The notes: a model not told the origin generated them from the letters alone. Numbered from the stretch's first letter, positions 23,765 through 39,958 are shown. The stretch is DNA of 64,000 nt from Escherichia coli (GCF_001677475.2 NZ_CP015229.1), one strand, 5' to 3'. Translations and numbers: made by a program.

Positions 23765-23765
23765 G

Positions 23766-23885
23766 ATGTCTGGCAGTTCCCTACTCTCGCATGGGGAGAC
23801 CCCACACTACCATCGGCGCTACGGCGTTTCACTTCTGAGTTCGGCATGGGGTCAGGTGGGACCACCGCGCTACTGCCGCCAGACA
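23766..23885 (-). rRNA. rrfF: 5S ribosomal RNA, distal copy
   Basis: 120 nt, reverse complement of 5S sequence; two compensatory differences from rrfD. Confidence 0.93.
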
Positions 23886-23922
23886 AATTCTTTTCTAATC
23901 TGCCGAACTTTAACCTAAAAAG

Positions 23923-23998
23923 TGGTGCTGATACCCAGAGTCGAACTGGGGACCTCACCCTTACCAAGGGTGCGCTCTACCAACTGAGCCATATCAGC
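23923..23998 (-). tRNA. thrV: tRNA-Thr
   Basis: Reverse complement GCTGATATGGCTCAGTTGGTAGAGCGCACCCTTGGTAAGGGTGAGGTCCCCAGTTCGACTCTGGGTATCAGCACCA. Confidence 0.93.
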
Positions 23999-24010
23999 AC
24001 GCTAAATTTG

Positions 24011-24130
24011 ATGCCTGGCAGTTCCCTACTCTCGCATGGGGAGACCCCACACTACCATCGGCGCTACGGCGTTTCACTTCTGAGTTCGGCATGGGGTCAG
24101 GTGGGACCACCGCGCTACGGCCGCCAGGCA
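24011..24130 (-). rRNA. rrfD: 5S ribosomal RNA
   Basis: 120 nt exact match to canonical E. coli 5S as recalled. Confidence 0.95.
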
Positions 24131-24228
24131 AATTCTGTTTTATCAACACGTCATGTTCTGACCTGTCGATTTAATCTGTATCAGGCTGAAAATCTTCTCT
24201 CTATCCGCCAAAACATCTTCGGCGTTGT

Positions 24229-27132
<2,904 letters not shown>

Positions 27133-27314
27133 CACAACCCGAAGATGTTTCTTTCGATGCATCATCGTGTTGCGAAAATTTGAGAGACTCACGAACAACT
27201 TTCGTTGTTCAGTGTTTCAATTTTCAGCTTGATCCAGATTTTTAAAGAGCAAAACTTCGCAGTGAACCTTTGCAGGTACACTCTGAAGTATTTTTTATTT
27301 AATCACTACAGAGA

Positions 27315-27390
27315 TGGTGGAGCTATGCGGGATCGAACCGCAGACCTCCTGCGTGCAAAGCAGGCGCTCTCCCAGCTGAGCTATAGCCCC
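27315..27390 (-). tRNA. alaU: tRNA-Ala (spacer)
   Basis: Reverse complement GGGGCTATAGCTCAGCTGGGAGAGCGCCTGCTTTGCACGCAGGAGGTCTGCGGTTCGATCCCGCATAGCTCCACCA. Confidence 0.93.
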
Positions 27391-27432
27391 ATAACATGTA
27401 GTTAAAACCTCTTCAAATTTGCGGTGCAAATT

Positions 27433-27509
<77 letters not shown>

Positions 27510-27577
27510 GTAGAGGTTTTACTGCTCATTTTCATCAGACAATCTGTGTGAGCACTGCAAAGCACAGTTCTTTAAGG

Positions 27578-29119
<1,542 letters not shown>

Positions 29120-29299
29120 AAAAGTTTGATGCTCAAAGAATTAAACTTCGTAATGAATTACGTGTTCACTCTTGAGACTTGGTATTCATTTTTCGTCTTG
29201 CGACGTTAAGAATCCGTATCTTCGAGTGCCCACACAGATTGTCTGATAAATTGTTAAAGAGCAGTTGCGACGTGGCTTTCAGCTCACTGTCGCGAGGTG

Positions 29300-29335
29300 G
29301 CGTATATTACGCTTTCCTCTTTCAGAGTCAACCCT
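29300..29335 (-). promoter_or_regulatory. rrnD P2 promoter
   Basis: Minus strand TTGACT -35 (29326..29331), 16-nt spacer, TAATAT -10 (29304..29309). Confidence 0.65.
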
Positions 29336-29404
29336 GAATTTCAGGATTTTTTCTCTTTGTTGTTACGACCATCTTGTGAAGTGTTTCACGTTGTCGTCTC
29401 AACG

Positions 29405-29445
29405 GAGGCGCATTATAGGGATCCCAATTTTTTGCACAAGTACTT
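29405..29445 (-). promoter_or_regulatory. rrnD P1 promoter with upstream A/T-rich UP-element region
   Basis: Minus strand TTGTGC..TATAAT..GCGCC discriminator; A/T tracts upstream at 29440..29520. Confidence 0.65.
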
Positions 29446-29590
29446 TTTTGATCTTTTTTTCTGTTTGTTGTTTTTTCACCCTTTTTGCTGCATTCGCACA
29501 CAAAATGGTGCTTTTTTGCATACTAAAAGACTTGCACAAGGCCAATAATGCACCCAAAGTCATTAGGAAATCATTTATTGTTGAGGTGAG

Positions 29591-30146
29591 TATGTCTGAT
29601 GTTTTACGCCCATACCGCGATCTTTTTCCACAAATCGGTCAGCGCGTAATGATCGACGATAGCAGCGTCGTGATTGGTGACGTTCGTCTGGCTGATGATG
29701 TGGGGATCTGGCCGCTCGTTGTGATTCGTGGAGATGTACATTATGTACAGATCGGAGCACGCACCAATATCCAGGATGGCAGTATGTTGCATGTCACTCA
29801 TAAATCCTCGTACAACCCAGATGGCAACCCATTAACCATTGGCGAAGATGTCACTGTTGGTCACAAGGTGATGCTCCACGGCTGCACCATTGGCAATCGA
29901 GTTTTGGTTGGGATGGGCTCAATTTTACTTGATGGCGCAATAGTAGAAGATGATGTGATGATTGGTGCGGGTAGCCTGGTCCCACAAAATAAACGGCTGG
30001 AGAGCGGATATCTGTATCTCGGTAGCCCCGTCAAACAGATCCGCCCGTTAAGTGATGAAGAGAAGGCTGGGTTACGCTATTCCGCAAATAACTACGTGAA
30101 ATGGAAGGACGAATATCTGGATCAAGGTAACCAGACCCAACCTTGA
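29591..30146 (+). CDS. yrdA: Hexapeptide-repeat (gamma-carbonic-anhydrase-like) protein YrdA
   Basis: 184 aa from MSDVLRPYRDLFPQIGQRVMIDD; the 293-aa ORF from 29265 is an upstream extension across the rrnD promoters. Confidence 0.85.
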
Positions 30147-30379
30147 TCATCTTCACTTTGTTCCTGAATTAAGTTTTCCGCTTCTTCTTCCAGGTCCCAG
30201 CGATGCTGACGGAAACTCGCTAACCACTGTTCTGGCGTATCTCCAGTAAAGCGATACGCCAGACTCTCGCCAGAGATCGCACATGTCAGTTTCATACCAT
30301 TCACGAGAGCGGGAAAACATACACATTTTTTATTCTCGTCCCACTCTTCCCTATCCGGAAACTGGATGGCCTGATTCAC
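30122..30379 (-). CDS. yrdB: Small protein YrdB
   Basis: 85 aa; 3' end overlaps yrdA 3' end by 25 bp. Confidence 0.75.
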   Translation of the reverse strand: MNQAIQFPDREEWDENKKCVCFPALVNGMKLTCAISGESLAYRFTGDTPEQWLASFRQHRWDLEEEAENLIQEQSEDDQGWVWLP

Positions 30380-31194
30380 GCTGACAATTCCTGTTGCAAT
30401 AGTTTGATGACCGGTTCTACATCAGGCAGAACGCCATGCCAAAGAAGGAAGGCATGAGCCGCCTGTGCCACCAGCATTCCTAAACCATCAGCATTATGCT
30501 TTGAGCCTCGCTGCTCACACCATGCCAGAAAAGGAGTTTTTCCTTTCTGATAGAACATGTCATAGCAATAAATGCCTGGATGAATGAGCGATGACGGGAT
30601 CGCCGGAATATCACCACTGATGCCACTGGATGTTGCATTAATAATGAGATCAAACTCATGACCTTCCAGTTCGTCCATACCCAACGCCTGAATACTGCCA
30701 GTGTGCGCAAACAATTTAGTCAACTCTTCCGCGCGAGATACCGTCCGATTAGTGATTGTCACCGCACAGTCCAGGGAAAGAAGTGGCAGTAGTACGCCGC
30801 GAGATGCTCCACCAGCGCCGATGAGCAGAATACGTAAACCAGGACGGATAAAAGACAGACGTTCCAGATCGCTTAACAAACCTATACCATCGGTATTGTC
30901 ACCCAGCAGGCGTCCATCTTCTAACCGCTTGAGGGTATTAACAGCACCAGCCAACGCTGCCCGTTCAGTAAGCTCATCCGCTCTGGCAAAAGCCTCTTCT
31001 TTAAAAGGTACCGTCACATTCGCACCTTTACCACCAGCACTAAAGAAAGCGTTCAGTGTGTTGATGAAATCATTGATGGGTGCCAACACGCGCCCATAGG
31101 GATGTTCAATATTCAGTTGCTGAGCAAATTGCTGATGAATGAATGGCGATTTGCTGTGGGCTATCGGATTACCAAAAACAGCATAGGTTTCCAT
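30376..31194 (-). CDS. aroE: Shikimate dehydrogenase
   Basis: 272 aa from [26 protein letters not shown] extends 9 codons upstream. Confidence 0.93.
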   Translation of the reverse strand: METYAVFGNPIAHSKSPFIHQQFAQQLNIEHPYGRVLAPINDFINTLNAFFSAGGKGANVTVPFKEEAFARADELTERAALAGAVNTLKRLEDGRLLGDNTDGIGLLSDLERLSFIRPGLRILLIGAGGASRGVLLPLLSLDCAVTITNRTVSRAEELTKLFAHTGSIQALGMDELEGHEFDLIINATSSGISGDIPAIPSSLIHPGIYCYDMFYQKGKTPFLAWCEQRGSKHNADGLGMLVAQAAHAFLLWHGVLPDVEPVIKLLQQELSA

Positions 31195-31198
31195 TATG

Positions 31199-31771
31199 TT
31201 ACCCCTGTCGAAACAGTTCACCCGTCAGGGCATCGCGGATTTCTGAAGGATTTAAACGCCCCCCCGTTTCACCAGGCACAACCGGGAACGCCGCGCCAAA
31301 TTGTGCGCGAACTTCGTCTACTGTTCGACAAGGTGGCAATCCACTCAAGTTGGCACTGGTAGAAACCAGCGGTTTACCATAAGCCTGGCACAAAGCAACC
31401 ACCAACGGATGGTCGGTGACTCGTACAGCAAGCGAATCAAAGCGGCCCGTCAACCAGCGCGGTGTTGTCGCAGGCGCGGGAAAAACAAAGGTGACAGGAC
31501 CTGGCCAGCGAGAAAATATAGTTTCACGCTGCGCGTCAGTCAGCATGGTGTCATCAATATAGGGTTTAAGCTGCTCGTAATTTGCGGCGATTAGAATCAG
31601 CCCCTTATCAACCGGACGCTGTTTTAACTCCAACAGTCGCATCACTGCTGTTTCGCTATCAGGATCGCACCCGACACCGAAAACGGCTTCCGTTGGATAG
31701 GCGATGACACGTTCTTCATTGAGGACATCTATCGCAGCTGCGATAGCGTCTCCTTGCAGGTTATTATTCAC
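31199..31771 (-). CDS. tsaC: Threonylcarbamoyl-AMP synthase
   Basis: 190 aa from GTG (VNNNLQ...); YrdC/Sua5 fold. Confidence 0.88.
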
Positions 31772-31775
31772 GTTA

Positions 31776-32318
31776 TTATTCCGCCGAAACCGGCTTTCCA
31801 CATTGTTTACTGGCACAAAAGTGTTTTACACCCTGCGCGGTTTTCTTTTCGATGAGTAGCGGATAATGACACTCAGGGCATTCTCCAGCTATGGGTTTGA
31901 AGTTAATGGCAAATTGACACTCCGGGTAGCGATCACAGGAGTGAAACGTTTTGCCATAACGGGAGCGGCGCTGGACCAGATGGCCCGTCCGGCATTGGGG
32001 GCATGTAATTGCTGTTTCGTCCGGTTTATCGATAAGTTCGGTATGTTCGCATTCAGGATAGTTACTGCAACCAATAAACATACCAAAGCGTCCCTGGCGT
32101 AATACCAGATTTGCGCCACATGCAGGGCAAACCTGCCCCTCCAGAACTTTGACGATATGTCCATCCGCTGAAGATTTCAGAGGACGGACGTAGTCACACG
32201 CCGGATACTGTGAGCATCCAAGAAACGGACCGTGTTTCCCGGATCGAATAACCAGTTCAGCCCCGCACTTTGGGCAGGACTCATTATTACGCACCGTGAA
32301 CAGTGCTGATTTTGCCAT
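31776..32318 (-). CDS. yrdD: Zinc-ribbon topoisomerase-like protein YrdD
   Basis: 180 aa; four CxxC zinc-ribbon repeats. Confidence 0.85.
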   Translation of the reverse strand: MAKSALFTVRNNESCPKCGAELVIRSGKHGPFLGCSQYPACDYVRPLKSSADGHIVKVLEGQVCPACGANLVLRQGRFGMFIGCSNYPECEHTELIDKPDETAITCPQCRTGHLVQRRSRYGKTFHSCDRYPECQFAINFKPIAGECPECHYPLLIEKKTAQGVKHFCASKQCGKPVSAE

Positions 32319-32346
32319 AACAACTTATGCTGAATTAAAGAAATGA

Positions 32347-32820
32347 TTAATGCAGCATACCTTCATTCACTTCAAAGAGTAATTCTTCCATTTGCTGGTA
32401 CGCATTTTCGCAGCCCGGAATATTGAATAACACCATCAGGATTACCCATTTCAGGTCTTCCAGGTCGAACTCAGCGGTATCCAGCGCGAGCACTCGCTCT
32501 ATCACCATTTCACGGGTTTCAAGGTTAAGCACCTGAATTTGCTCAAGGAAAAGCAAAAAACCACGACAGCTGGCATCCAGTCTTTCACACTCTTCAGGGG
32601 TATAAATACGCATGGAGAGTGGATCAGAGGCCAGTTGCATCGGTTCTGCCAGTCCTTCCTGATAATCCGCAAGCTTTTCCAGCCAAAGCAGGGCATTGTA
32701 GATATCTTCTCGATCAAATCCTGCGTCGGTAAGATCCTGTTCAAGTTTGTCTTGATCCACACGCAACTCAGCTTCTGTGTGAATATAGGTTTCAAACAAA
32801 TACATTAGTACGTCGAACAT
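32347..32820 (-). CDS. smg: Smg protein
   Basis: 157 aa, [35 protein letters not shown]. Confidence 0.88.
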
Positions 32821-33916
32821 GGCATGCCCTCCTCAATCGGACATAGCCGCCGGGTACAGCTGCGATCCATCCTGCTAACTCCAGTTCGAGTAGTTGAGTA
32901 ACTACCTCTGGCACAGGTTGGCCGGCACGTTCAGCGACGACGTCAACAGGTGTTACCTCATCTCCTACGTTAGCCAGGAGCTCAGGAAATGGCAATGCCA
33001 CGTCTTGCTGATCTGGTGAATAAAATGAATTTTCAGGGGCGTCTGGCAACCAGTGCAATCCAAATTGCAAGTTTTCCAGAATTTCTTCCGGTTCCGTCAC
33101 AAGAATCGCACCTTGTTTTATTAACCAGTGAGGCCCTTCGCTTCCCGGATTCCCTATTGGTCCTGGCAAAGCAAAAACTTCACGCCCCTGCTCAAGCGCA
33201 CAACGTGCTGTCACCAGCGAACCACTGCGCAAAGCCGCTTCCACCACCAGTACGCCTTTACTTAAACCACTGATAATGCGATTTCTTCGTGGGAAATTGT
33301 AAGCAAGGGGTGGAACATCGAGGGGAAATTCCGAGACAAGAGCCCCACCATGTTCAAGCAAACTGGTAGCCAGTCGGGCATGGCGACGCGGATGAATGGT
33401 ATTAAGTCCATTCCCCAATACAGCAATGCTGATGCCATTTACCTGTAAGGCCGCTTTATGCGCCACACCATCGATTCCACGCGCCAGTCCACTCGTAATT
33501 GTCACTCCACGGGTCGCCAGAGTTTCGCAAAATAATCGTCCCCATCGCTCGCCATACCATGAATGCGCCCGACTCCCCACTACGGCAAGCTGAAATGAAT
33601 GCAACGCGTGCAGTTCTCCTGCAACAAACAGTGCGCCGGGGTAATCTGTCGTCGCCAGAAGTTGAGGAGGATAAAATTCGCTGTCCGCAGGGATTAAATG
33701 ATGGTTGGGTTGCTCCAACCAACAAAGTGAGCTTTCGATACTCTTTCGCGGAAATGAAAGAAAGCGTTGTGCCTGCCGCAATGTAAGCCCTGTTTGCTGC
33801 AATACAACCGCATCAATATGCGACTGTTTTGCCAGCCAGTGAGCTATACGAACCATATCATCGCCGTACAAGCTGCTGATGCTCATTAAACGCAGCCAAA
33901 TTTCTGTATCGACCAT
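32792..33916 (-). CDS. dprA: DNA processing protein DprA (Smf)
   Basis: 374 aa; overlaps smg by 29 bp. Confidence 0.9.
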
Positions 33917-34045
33917 CCTTATCTCCCTGCCATAAGCAGCCTTAGCAATCTTTGCGATTGGTCAGTGATGCTGTCAATCAGAGGGGGATTTGTCTAGAAT
34001 AGAAGAAATAATCTTTCTAACTCCTGAACACATCTCTGGAGATTT

Positions 34046-34555
34046 ATGTCAGTTTTGCAAGTGTTACATATTCCGGACGAGCGGCTTCGCAAAGTTGCTA
34101 AACCGGTAGAAGAAGTGAATGCAGAAATTCAGCGTATCGTCGATGATATGTTCGAGACGATGTACGCAGAAGAAGGTATTGGCCTGGCGGCAACCCAGGT
34201 TGATATCCATCAACGTATCATTGTTATTGATGTTTCGGAAAACCGTGACGAACGGCTGGTGTTAATAAATCCGGAGCTTTTAGAAAAAAGCGGCGAAACA
34301 GGCATTGAAGAAGGTTGCCTGTCGATCCCTGAACAACGTGCTTTAGTGCCACGCGCAGAGAAAGTTAAAATTCGCGCCCTGGACCGCGACGGTAAACCAT
34401 TTGAACTGGAAGCAGACGGTCTGTTAGCCATCTGTATTCAGCATGAGATGGATCACCTGGTCGGCAAACTGTTTATGGATTATCTGTCACCGCTGAAACA
34501 ACAACGTATTCGTCAGAAAGTTGAAAAACTGGATCGTCTGAAAGCCCGGGCTTAA
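34046..34555 (+). CDS. def: Peptide deformylase
   Basis: 169 aa; [18 protein letters not shown] metal-binding motifs. Confidence 0.97.
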
Positions 34556-34569
34556 GGATAAGAACTAAC

Positions 34570-35517
34570 GTGTCAGAATCACTACGTATTATTTTTGCGG
34601 GTACACCTGACTTTGCAGCGCGTCATCTCGACGCGCTGTTGTCTTCTGGTCATAACATCGTTGGCGTGTTCACCCAGCCAGACCGACCAGCAGGACGCGG
34701 TAAAAAACTGATGCCCAGCCCGGTTAAAGTTCTGGCTGAGGAAAAAGGTCTGCCCGTTTTTCAACCTGTTTCCCTGCGTCCACAAGAAAACCAGCAACTG
34801 GTCGCCGACCTGCAGGCTGATGTTATGGTCGTCGTCGCCTATGGTTTAATTCTGCCGAAAGCTGTGCTGGAGATGCCGCGTCTTGGCTGTATCAACGTTC
34901 ATGGTTCACTGTTGCCACGCTGGCGCGGTGCTGCACCAATCCAACGCTCACTATGGGCGGGTGATGCAGAAACTGGTGTGACCATTATGCAAATGGATGT
35001 TGGTTTAGACACCGGTGACATGCTCTATAAGCTCTCCTGCCCGATTACTGCAGAAGATACCAGTGGTACGCTGTACGACAAGCTGGCAGAGCTTGGCCCA
35101 CAAGGGCTTATCACCACATTGAAACAACTGGCAGACGGCACGGCGAAACCAGAAGTTCAGGACGAAACTCTTGTCACTTACGCCGAAAAGTTGAGTAAAG
35201 AAGAAGCGCGTATTGACTGGTCGCTTTCGGCAGCGCAGCTTGAACGCTGCATTCGCGCTTTCAATCCATGGCCAATGAGCTGGCTGGAAATTGAAGGACA
35301 GCCGGTTAAAGTCTGGAAAGCGTCGGTCATTGATACGGCAACCAACGCTGCACCAGGAACGATCCTTGAAGCCAATAAACAAGGCATTCAGGTTGCGACT
35401 GGTGATGGCATCCTGAACCTGCTCTCGTTACAACCTGCGGGTAAGAAAGCGATGAGCGCGCAAGACCTCCTGAACTCTCGTCGGGAATGGTTTGTTCCGG
35501 GCAACCGTCTGGTCTGA
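34570..35517 (+). CDS. fmt: Methionyl-tRNA formyltransferase
   Basis: 315 aa; follows def by 14 bp. Confidence 0.96.
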   Translation: MSESLRIIFAGTPDFAARHLDALLSSGHNIVGVFTQPDRPAGRGKKLMPSPVKVLAEEKGLPVFQPVSLRPQENQQLVADLQADVMVVVAYGLILPKAVLEMPRLGCINVHGSLLPRWRGAAPIQRSLWAGDAETGVTIMQMDVGLDTGDMLYKLSCPITAEDTSGTLYDKLAELGPQGLITTLKQLADGTAKPEVQDETLVTYAEKLSKEEARIDWSLSAAQLERCIRAFNPWPMSWLEIEGQPVKVWKASVIDTATNAAPGTILEANKQGIQVATGDGILNLLSLQPAGKKAMSAQDLLNSRREWFVPGNRLV

Positions 35518-35562
35518 TAGTCCACTCTTCTAAGCCCGGTCTTGCCGGGCATTTTTATACTT

Positions 35563-36852
35563 ATGAAAAAACAACGTAATTTACGTAGCATGGCGGCCCA
35601 GGCCGTTGAACAAGTCGTCGAGCAAGGGCAATCATTAAGCAACATTCTGCCACCGCTCCAGCAAAAAGTTTCCGATAAAGACAAAGCACTTCTTCAAGAG
35701 TTGTGCTTTGGCGTACTGCGTACGCTTTCGCAGTTAGACTGGCTGATTAATAAGTTAATGGCCCGTCCGATGACCGGCAAACAGCGGACCGTGCATTACC
35801 TGATTATGGTTGGTTTGTATCAACTGCTTTATACCCGCATACCACCTCATGCTGCGCTGGCTGAAACGGTTGAAGGCGCTATCGCAATTAAGCGCCCGCA
35901 ACTTAAAGGGTTGATAAACGGTGTATTACGCCAGTTCCAGCGTCAGCAAGAAGAGTTATTAGCCGAGTTTAATGCCAGTGATGCACGTTATCTGCATCCT
36001 TCCTGGTTGCTGAAGCGTCTGCAAAAAGCGTATCCAGAGCAGTGGCAATCCATCGTCGAAGCTAATAACCAGCGTCCGCCAATGTGGCTGCGCGTTAATC
36101 GTACGCATCATTCCCGCGACAGCTGGCTTGCATTGCTGGATGAAGCAGGAATGAAAGGTTTCCCGCATGCGGATTACCCTGATGCTGTACGGCTGGAAAC
36201 ACCTGCACCTGTTCATGTGTTACCAGGTTTTGAAGAAGGATGGGTTACCGTTCAGGATGCATCAGCACAAGGTTGCATGGCCTGGCTTGCGCCACAAAAC
36301 GGTGAACACATTCTGGATCTTTGCGCTGCCCCCGGCGGTAAAACAACGCATATCCTTGAGGTGGCACCAGAAGCGCAGGTTGTTGCGGTTGATATCGACG
36401 AACAGCGCCTCTCTCGGGTTTACGACAATTTAAAACGCCTTGGTATGAAGGCGACCGTGAAACAAGGTGATGGCCGTTACCCTTCTCAATGGTGTGGCGA
36501 GCAACAGTTTGATCGCATTTTATTAGATGCGCCTTGTTCAGCAACCGGTGTGATTCGTCGCCATCCGGATATTAAATGGTTACGTCGCGATCGCGATATC
36601 CCAGAACTCGCGCAATTGCAGTCTGAAATTCTCGACGCCATTTGGCCACATTTAAAATCCGGTGGAACCCTGGTCTATGCCACCTGTTCGGTGTTACCGG
36701 AAGAGAATAGCCTGCAGATTAAAGCCTTTTTGCAACGTACCGCTGATGCCGAACTTTGCGAAACAGGAACACCAGAGCAACCGGGTAAACAAAATCTGCC
36801 TGGTGCCGAAGAGGGCGACGGCTTCTTTTACGCTAAGCTAATCAAAAAGTGA
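35563..36852 (+). CDS. rsmB: 16S rRNA m5C967 methyltransferase
   Basis: 429 aa from [17 protein letters not shown] extends to 35542. Confidence 0.93.
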   Translation: MKKQRNLRSMAAQAVEQVVEQGQSLSNILPPLQQKVSDKDKALLQELCFGVLRTLSQLDWLINKLMARPMTGKQRTVHYLIMVGLYQLLYTRIPPHAALAETVEGAIAIKRPQLKGLINGVLRQFQRQQEELLAEFNASDARYLHPSWLLKRLQKAYPEQWQSIVEANNQRPPMWLRVNRTHHSRDSWLALLDEAGMKGFPHADYPDAVRLETPAPVHVLPGFEEGWVTVQDASAQGCMAWLAPQNGEHILDLCAAPGGKTTHILEVAPEAQVVAVDIDEQRLSRVYDNLKRLGMKATVKQGDGRYPSQWCGEQQFDRILLDAPCSATGVIRRHPDIKWLRRDRDIPELAQLQSEILDAIWPHLKSGGTLVYATCSVLPEENSLQIKAFLQRTADAELCETGTPEQPGKQNLPGAEEGDGFFYAKLIKK

Positions 36853-36873
36853 TGAGATAACGGGTCGCGACTG

Positions 36874-38250
36874 ATGAAAATTATCATTCTGGGTGCCGGC
36901 CAGGTTGGCGGCACACTGGCGGAAAACCTGGTTGGCGAGAACAACGATATTACTGTTGTCGATACCAACGGTGAGCGTCTGCGGACCTTACAGGATAAAT
37001 TTGACCTGCGGGTCGTGCAGGGGCATGGCTCTCATCCACGCGTATTGCGGGAGGCAGGTGCCGACGACGCCGATATGCTGGTTGCTGTAACCAGTTCAGA
37101 TGAAACCAATATGGTTGCCTGCCAGGTAGCCTACTCACTTTTCAACACCCCTAATCGCATCGCTCGTATCCGCTCACCAGACTACGTGCGCGATGCCGAT
37201 AAGCTATTTCATTCAGATGCTGTGCCGATTGATCATCTGATCGCACCAGAGCAGTTGGTTATCGATAATATTTACCGACTGATTGAGTATCCCGGCGCAT
37301 TGCAGGTGGTGAACTTCGCTGAGGGTAAAGTCAGCCTGGCTGTGGTTAAAGCCTATTATGGCGGCCCGCTGATTGGTAATGCACTTTCGACCATGCGCGA
37401 ACATATGCCACATATCGATACTCGTGTGGCAGCAATTTTCCGCCACGATCGCCCCATTCGTCCGCAAGGTTCGACCATTGTTGAAGCTGGTGATGAAGTG
37501 TTCTTTATTGCCGCTTCACAGCATATCCGCGCGGTGATGAGTGAATTACAGCGACTGGAAAAACCGTATAAGCGGATCATGCTGGTTGGTGGCGGTAATA
37601 TCGGTGCAGGGCTGGCGCGTCGTCTGGAAAAAGATTACAGCGTTAAACTCATCGAACGTAATCAGCAGCGCGCTGCTGAACTGGCGGAAAAGTTGCAGAA
37701 TACGATCGTCTTTTTTGGTGATGCGTCGGATCAAGAACTGCTGGCTGAAGAACATATCGATCAAGTTGATCTGTTTATTGCCGTCACCAACGATGACGAG
37801 GCCAATATCATGTCCGCCATGCTTGCCAAACGTATGGGTGCGAAAAAGGTGATGGTATTGATCCAGCGTCGCGCTTATGTGGATCTGGTTCAGGGGAGCG
37901 TGATCGATATTGCGATTTCACCACAACAAGCAACTATTTCTGCGTTGCTTAGCCATGTGCGAAAAGCAGATATTGTTGGTGTTTCCTCATTGCGCCGCGG
38001 CGTAGCAGAAGCTATTGAAGCCGTTGCTCACGGTGATGAAAGCACCTCACGCGTTGTCGGCAGAGTCATTGACGAAATCAAGCTACCGCCAGGAACGATT
38101 ATTGGAGCGGTGGTACGTGGAAACGACGTGATGATTGCCAATGACAATCTGCGCATTGAGCAAGGCGATCACGTAATTATGTTCCTCACAGATAAAAAGT
38201 TTATTACCGACGTCGAAAGACTGTTCCAGCCAAGTCCTTTCTTCTTGTAA
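36874..38250 (+). CDS. trkA: Potassium uptake protein TrkA
   Basis: 458 aa; two Rossmann GxGxxG motifs ([19 protein letters not shown]). Confidence 0.95.
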   Translation: MKIIILGAGQVGGTLAENLVGENNDITVVDTNGERLRTLQDKFDLRVVQGHGSHPRVLREAGADDADMLVAVTSSDETNMVACQVAYSLFNTPNRIARIRSPDYVRDADKLFHSDAVPIDHLIAPEQLVIDNIYRLIEYPGALQVVNFAEGKVSLAVVKAYYGGPLIGNALSTMREHMPHIDTRVAAIFRHDRPIRPQGSTIVEAGDEVFFIAASQHIRAVMSELQRLEKPYKRIMLVGGGNIGAGLARRLEKDYSVKLIERNQQRAAELAEKLQNTIVFFGDASDQELLAEEHIDQVDLFIAVTNDDEANIMSAMLAKRMGAKKVMVLIQRRAYVDLVQGSVIDIAISPQQATISALLSHVRKADIVGVSSLRRGVAEAIEAVAHGDESTSRVVGRVIDEIKLPPGTIIGAVVRGNDVMIANDNLRIEQGDHVIMFLTDKKFITDVERLFQPSPFFL

Positions 38251-38379
38251 TTAATAAGGCGTCTAATGACGCCTTATTATTTCCCTTTGATTATCAAGGA
38301 TTAATTAAATTCATTCCTGGCAGGAAAATGGCTTAACATTTGTTAGACTTATGGTTGTCGGCTTCATAGGGAGAATAAC

Positions 38380-38790
38380 ATGAGCATTATTAAAGAATTT
38401 CGCGAATTTGCGATGCGCGGGAACGTGGTGGATTTGGCGGTGGGTGTCATTATCGGTGCGGCATTCGGGAAGATTGTATCTTCACTGGTTGCCGATATCA
38501 TTATGCCACCTCTGGGCTTATTAATTGGCGGGATCGACTTTAAACAATTTGCTGTCACGCTACGCGATGCGCAGGGGGATATCCCTGCTGTTGTGATGCA
38601 TTACGGTGTCTTCATTCAAAACGTCTTTGATTTTCTGATTGTGGCCTTTGCCATCTTTATGGCGATTAAGCTAATCAACAAACTGAATCGGAAAAAAGAA
38701 GAACCAGCAGCCGCACCAGCACCAACTAAGGAAGAAGTATTACTGACAGAAATTCGTGATTTGCTGAAAGAGCAGAATAACCGCTCTTAA
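38380..38790 (+). CDS. mscL: Large-conductance mechanosensitive channel
   Basis: 136 aa, [46 protein letters not shown]. Confidence 0.97.
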
Positions 38791-39005
38791 CAAACGCCTG
38801 AAAGCAGAAGGCCAGTGGTAAAAAAGTGATTTACTTTCTTGCCACTGGCCTCCCAGTTCCCCCGATTGCCATGTTTTCCTTTTCGCATGTAACTGCCTTT
38901 CCCTTTCTTATTTTTCTCTACTCGCTGTCGGAATAAGGGATCATGTAGTAATGCTTCTATCGCATTATCCTTTATCTGCCCTTTAGTATGCTGATATCGG
39001 CTCAT
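38787..39005 (-). CDS. arfA: Alternative ribosome-rescue factor A
   Basis: 72 aa, [51 protein letters not shown]...; 3' end overlaps mscL stop. Confidence 0.85.
   Translation of the reverse strand: MSRYQHTKGQIKDNAIEALLHDPLFRQRVEKNKKGKGSYMRKGKHGNRGNWEASGKKVNHFFTTGLLLSGVC
38810..38850. other. Extended hairpin within 3' end of arfA coding region
   Basis: GGCCAGTGG...CCACTGGCC inverted repeat; consistent with the known RNase III-processed arfA stem-loop, also placed to terminate mscL. Confidence 0.65.
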
Positions 39006-39060
39006 AAAAACTCCAGTTGGTTATTTAACGGCGCGAGTGTAATCCTGTCAGTGCAAAAAA

Positions 39061-39486
39061 TCAACAGCCACTCTTAACGCCACTCGCCCCTTGTTCAAGA
39101 GCTTCAAGAATCGAGCAATAAACACTGCTATGGGCGGTCCCACAACAGGCATCGTTAAGGCGTTGCAAGGAACGCTGCATACTCTGCAACTCGGCTATCC
39201 GTGCTTCGACTTCCTGCAATCTTTCCTGCACAATGCCTTTTGACTCCTGACAGGTATGGTGTTCAGGATCGATACGGATCGACAGCAACTCGCGGATCGA
39301 CTCTAGACTGAAACCTAGTTGTCTGGCATGGCGGATAAATTTCAATCGCTGGAGATCGCTTTCGGTATACAGGCGAAACCCACCTTCAGTACGCACTTCA
39401 TGCTCCATCATCTGCTGTTTTTCGTAATAACGAATCGTGTCGGGTGTTACTTCCGCCATTTTTGCCAGCTCACCAATGCGATACAT
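39061..39486 (-). CDS. zntR: Zn(II)-responsive MerR-family regulator
   Basis: 141 aa, MYRIGELAKMAEVTPDTIRYYEKQ; C-terminal Cys cluster. Confidence 0.93.
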   Translation of the reverse strand: MYRIGELAKMAEVTPDTIRYYEKQQMMEHEVRTEGGFRLYTESDLQRLKFIRHARQLGFSLESIRELLSIRIDPEHHTCQESKGIVQERLQEVEARIAELQSMQRSLQRLNDACCGTAHSSVYCSILEALEQGASGVKSGC

Positions 39487-39496
39487 ACATACTCCA

Positions 39497-39865
39497 CTAG
39501 TTATCGTTGATTTTATTCAACAACTTGTCAGCATAATCGCCGCGTAAAAAATCGGTACTCAGTCCAGCTTGTCGCAGCTTCAATTCCAGTAATGACAATC
39601 GACGGCTAACCTCTTGATATTGCGGATCATCGTGACGGATACCTCTCAGGATATCCAGAAGCTGAATTGCTTCCCTCCGCTGCTCAAGTTCTGGCGGTAA
39701 GCAACCGGCATTCTTCAGCAAGCGATACCCCGCACGTAATTCCGGTGGCACATGAGAATCATCATCCAGTATCAATGGTTCGCCGCTACCTGCCAGGTTA
39801 TCAAACTCACCTTTCGCTTGCGCTTCTGCTATATGACGCTCTGCCCACTGGTCAAGTAACCACAT
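39497..39865 (-). CDS. yhdN: DUF1992 protein YhdN
   Basis: 122 aa. Confidence 0.8.
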   Translation of the reverse strand: MWLLDQWAERHIAEAQAKGEFDNLAGSGEPLILDDDSHVPPELRAGYRLLKNAGCLPPELEQRREAIQLLDILRGIRHDDPQYQEVSRRLSLLELKLRQAGLSTDFLRGDYADKLLNKINDN

Positions 39866-39930
39866 ATATACTCCAGGGGATGAACAAAAAGAGTACAGCT
39901 ATTGTAGATAAGTGGGGATGCTACGGGTAT

Positions 39931-39958
39931 AAAAAAACCCGCCGGGGCGGGTTTTTTT
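39931..39958 (-). terminator. Bidirectional rho-independent terminator after rplQ
   Basis: AAAAAAACCCGCC-GGG-GCGGGTTTTTTT. Confidence 0.8.

Noticed and set aside
29265-29590. N-terminal 109-codon extension of the yrdA ORF (293-aa version)
   Set aside because: The extension runs across the rrnD P1/P2 promoters and has no RBS; the conserved protein starts at MSDVLRPY (29591).
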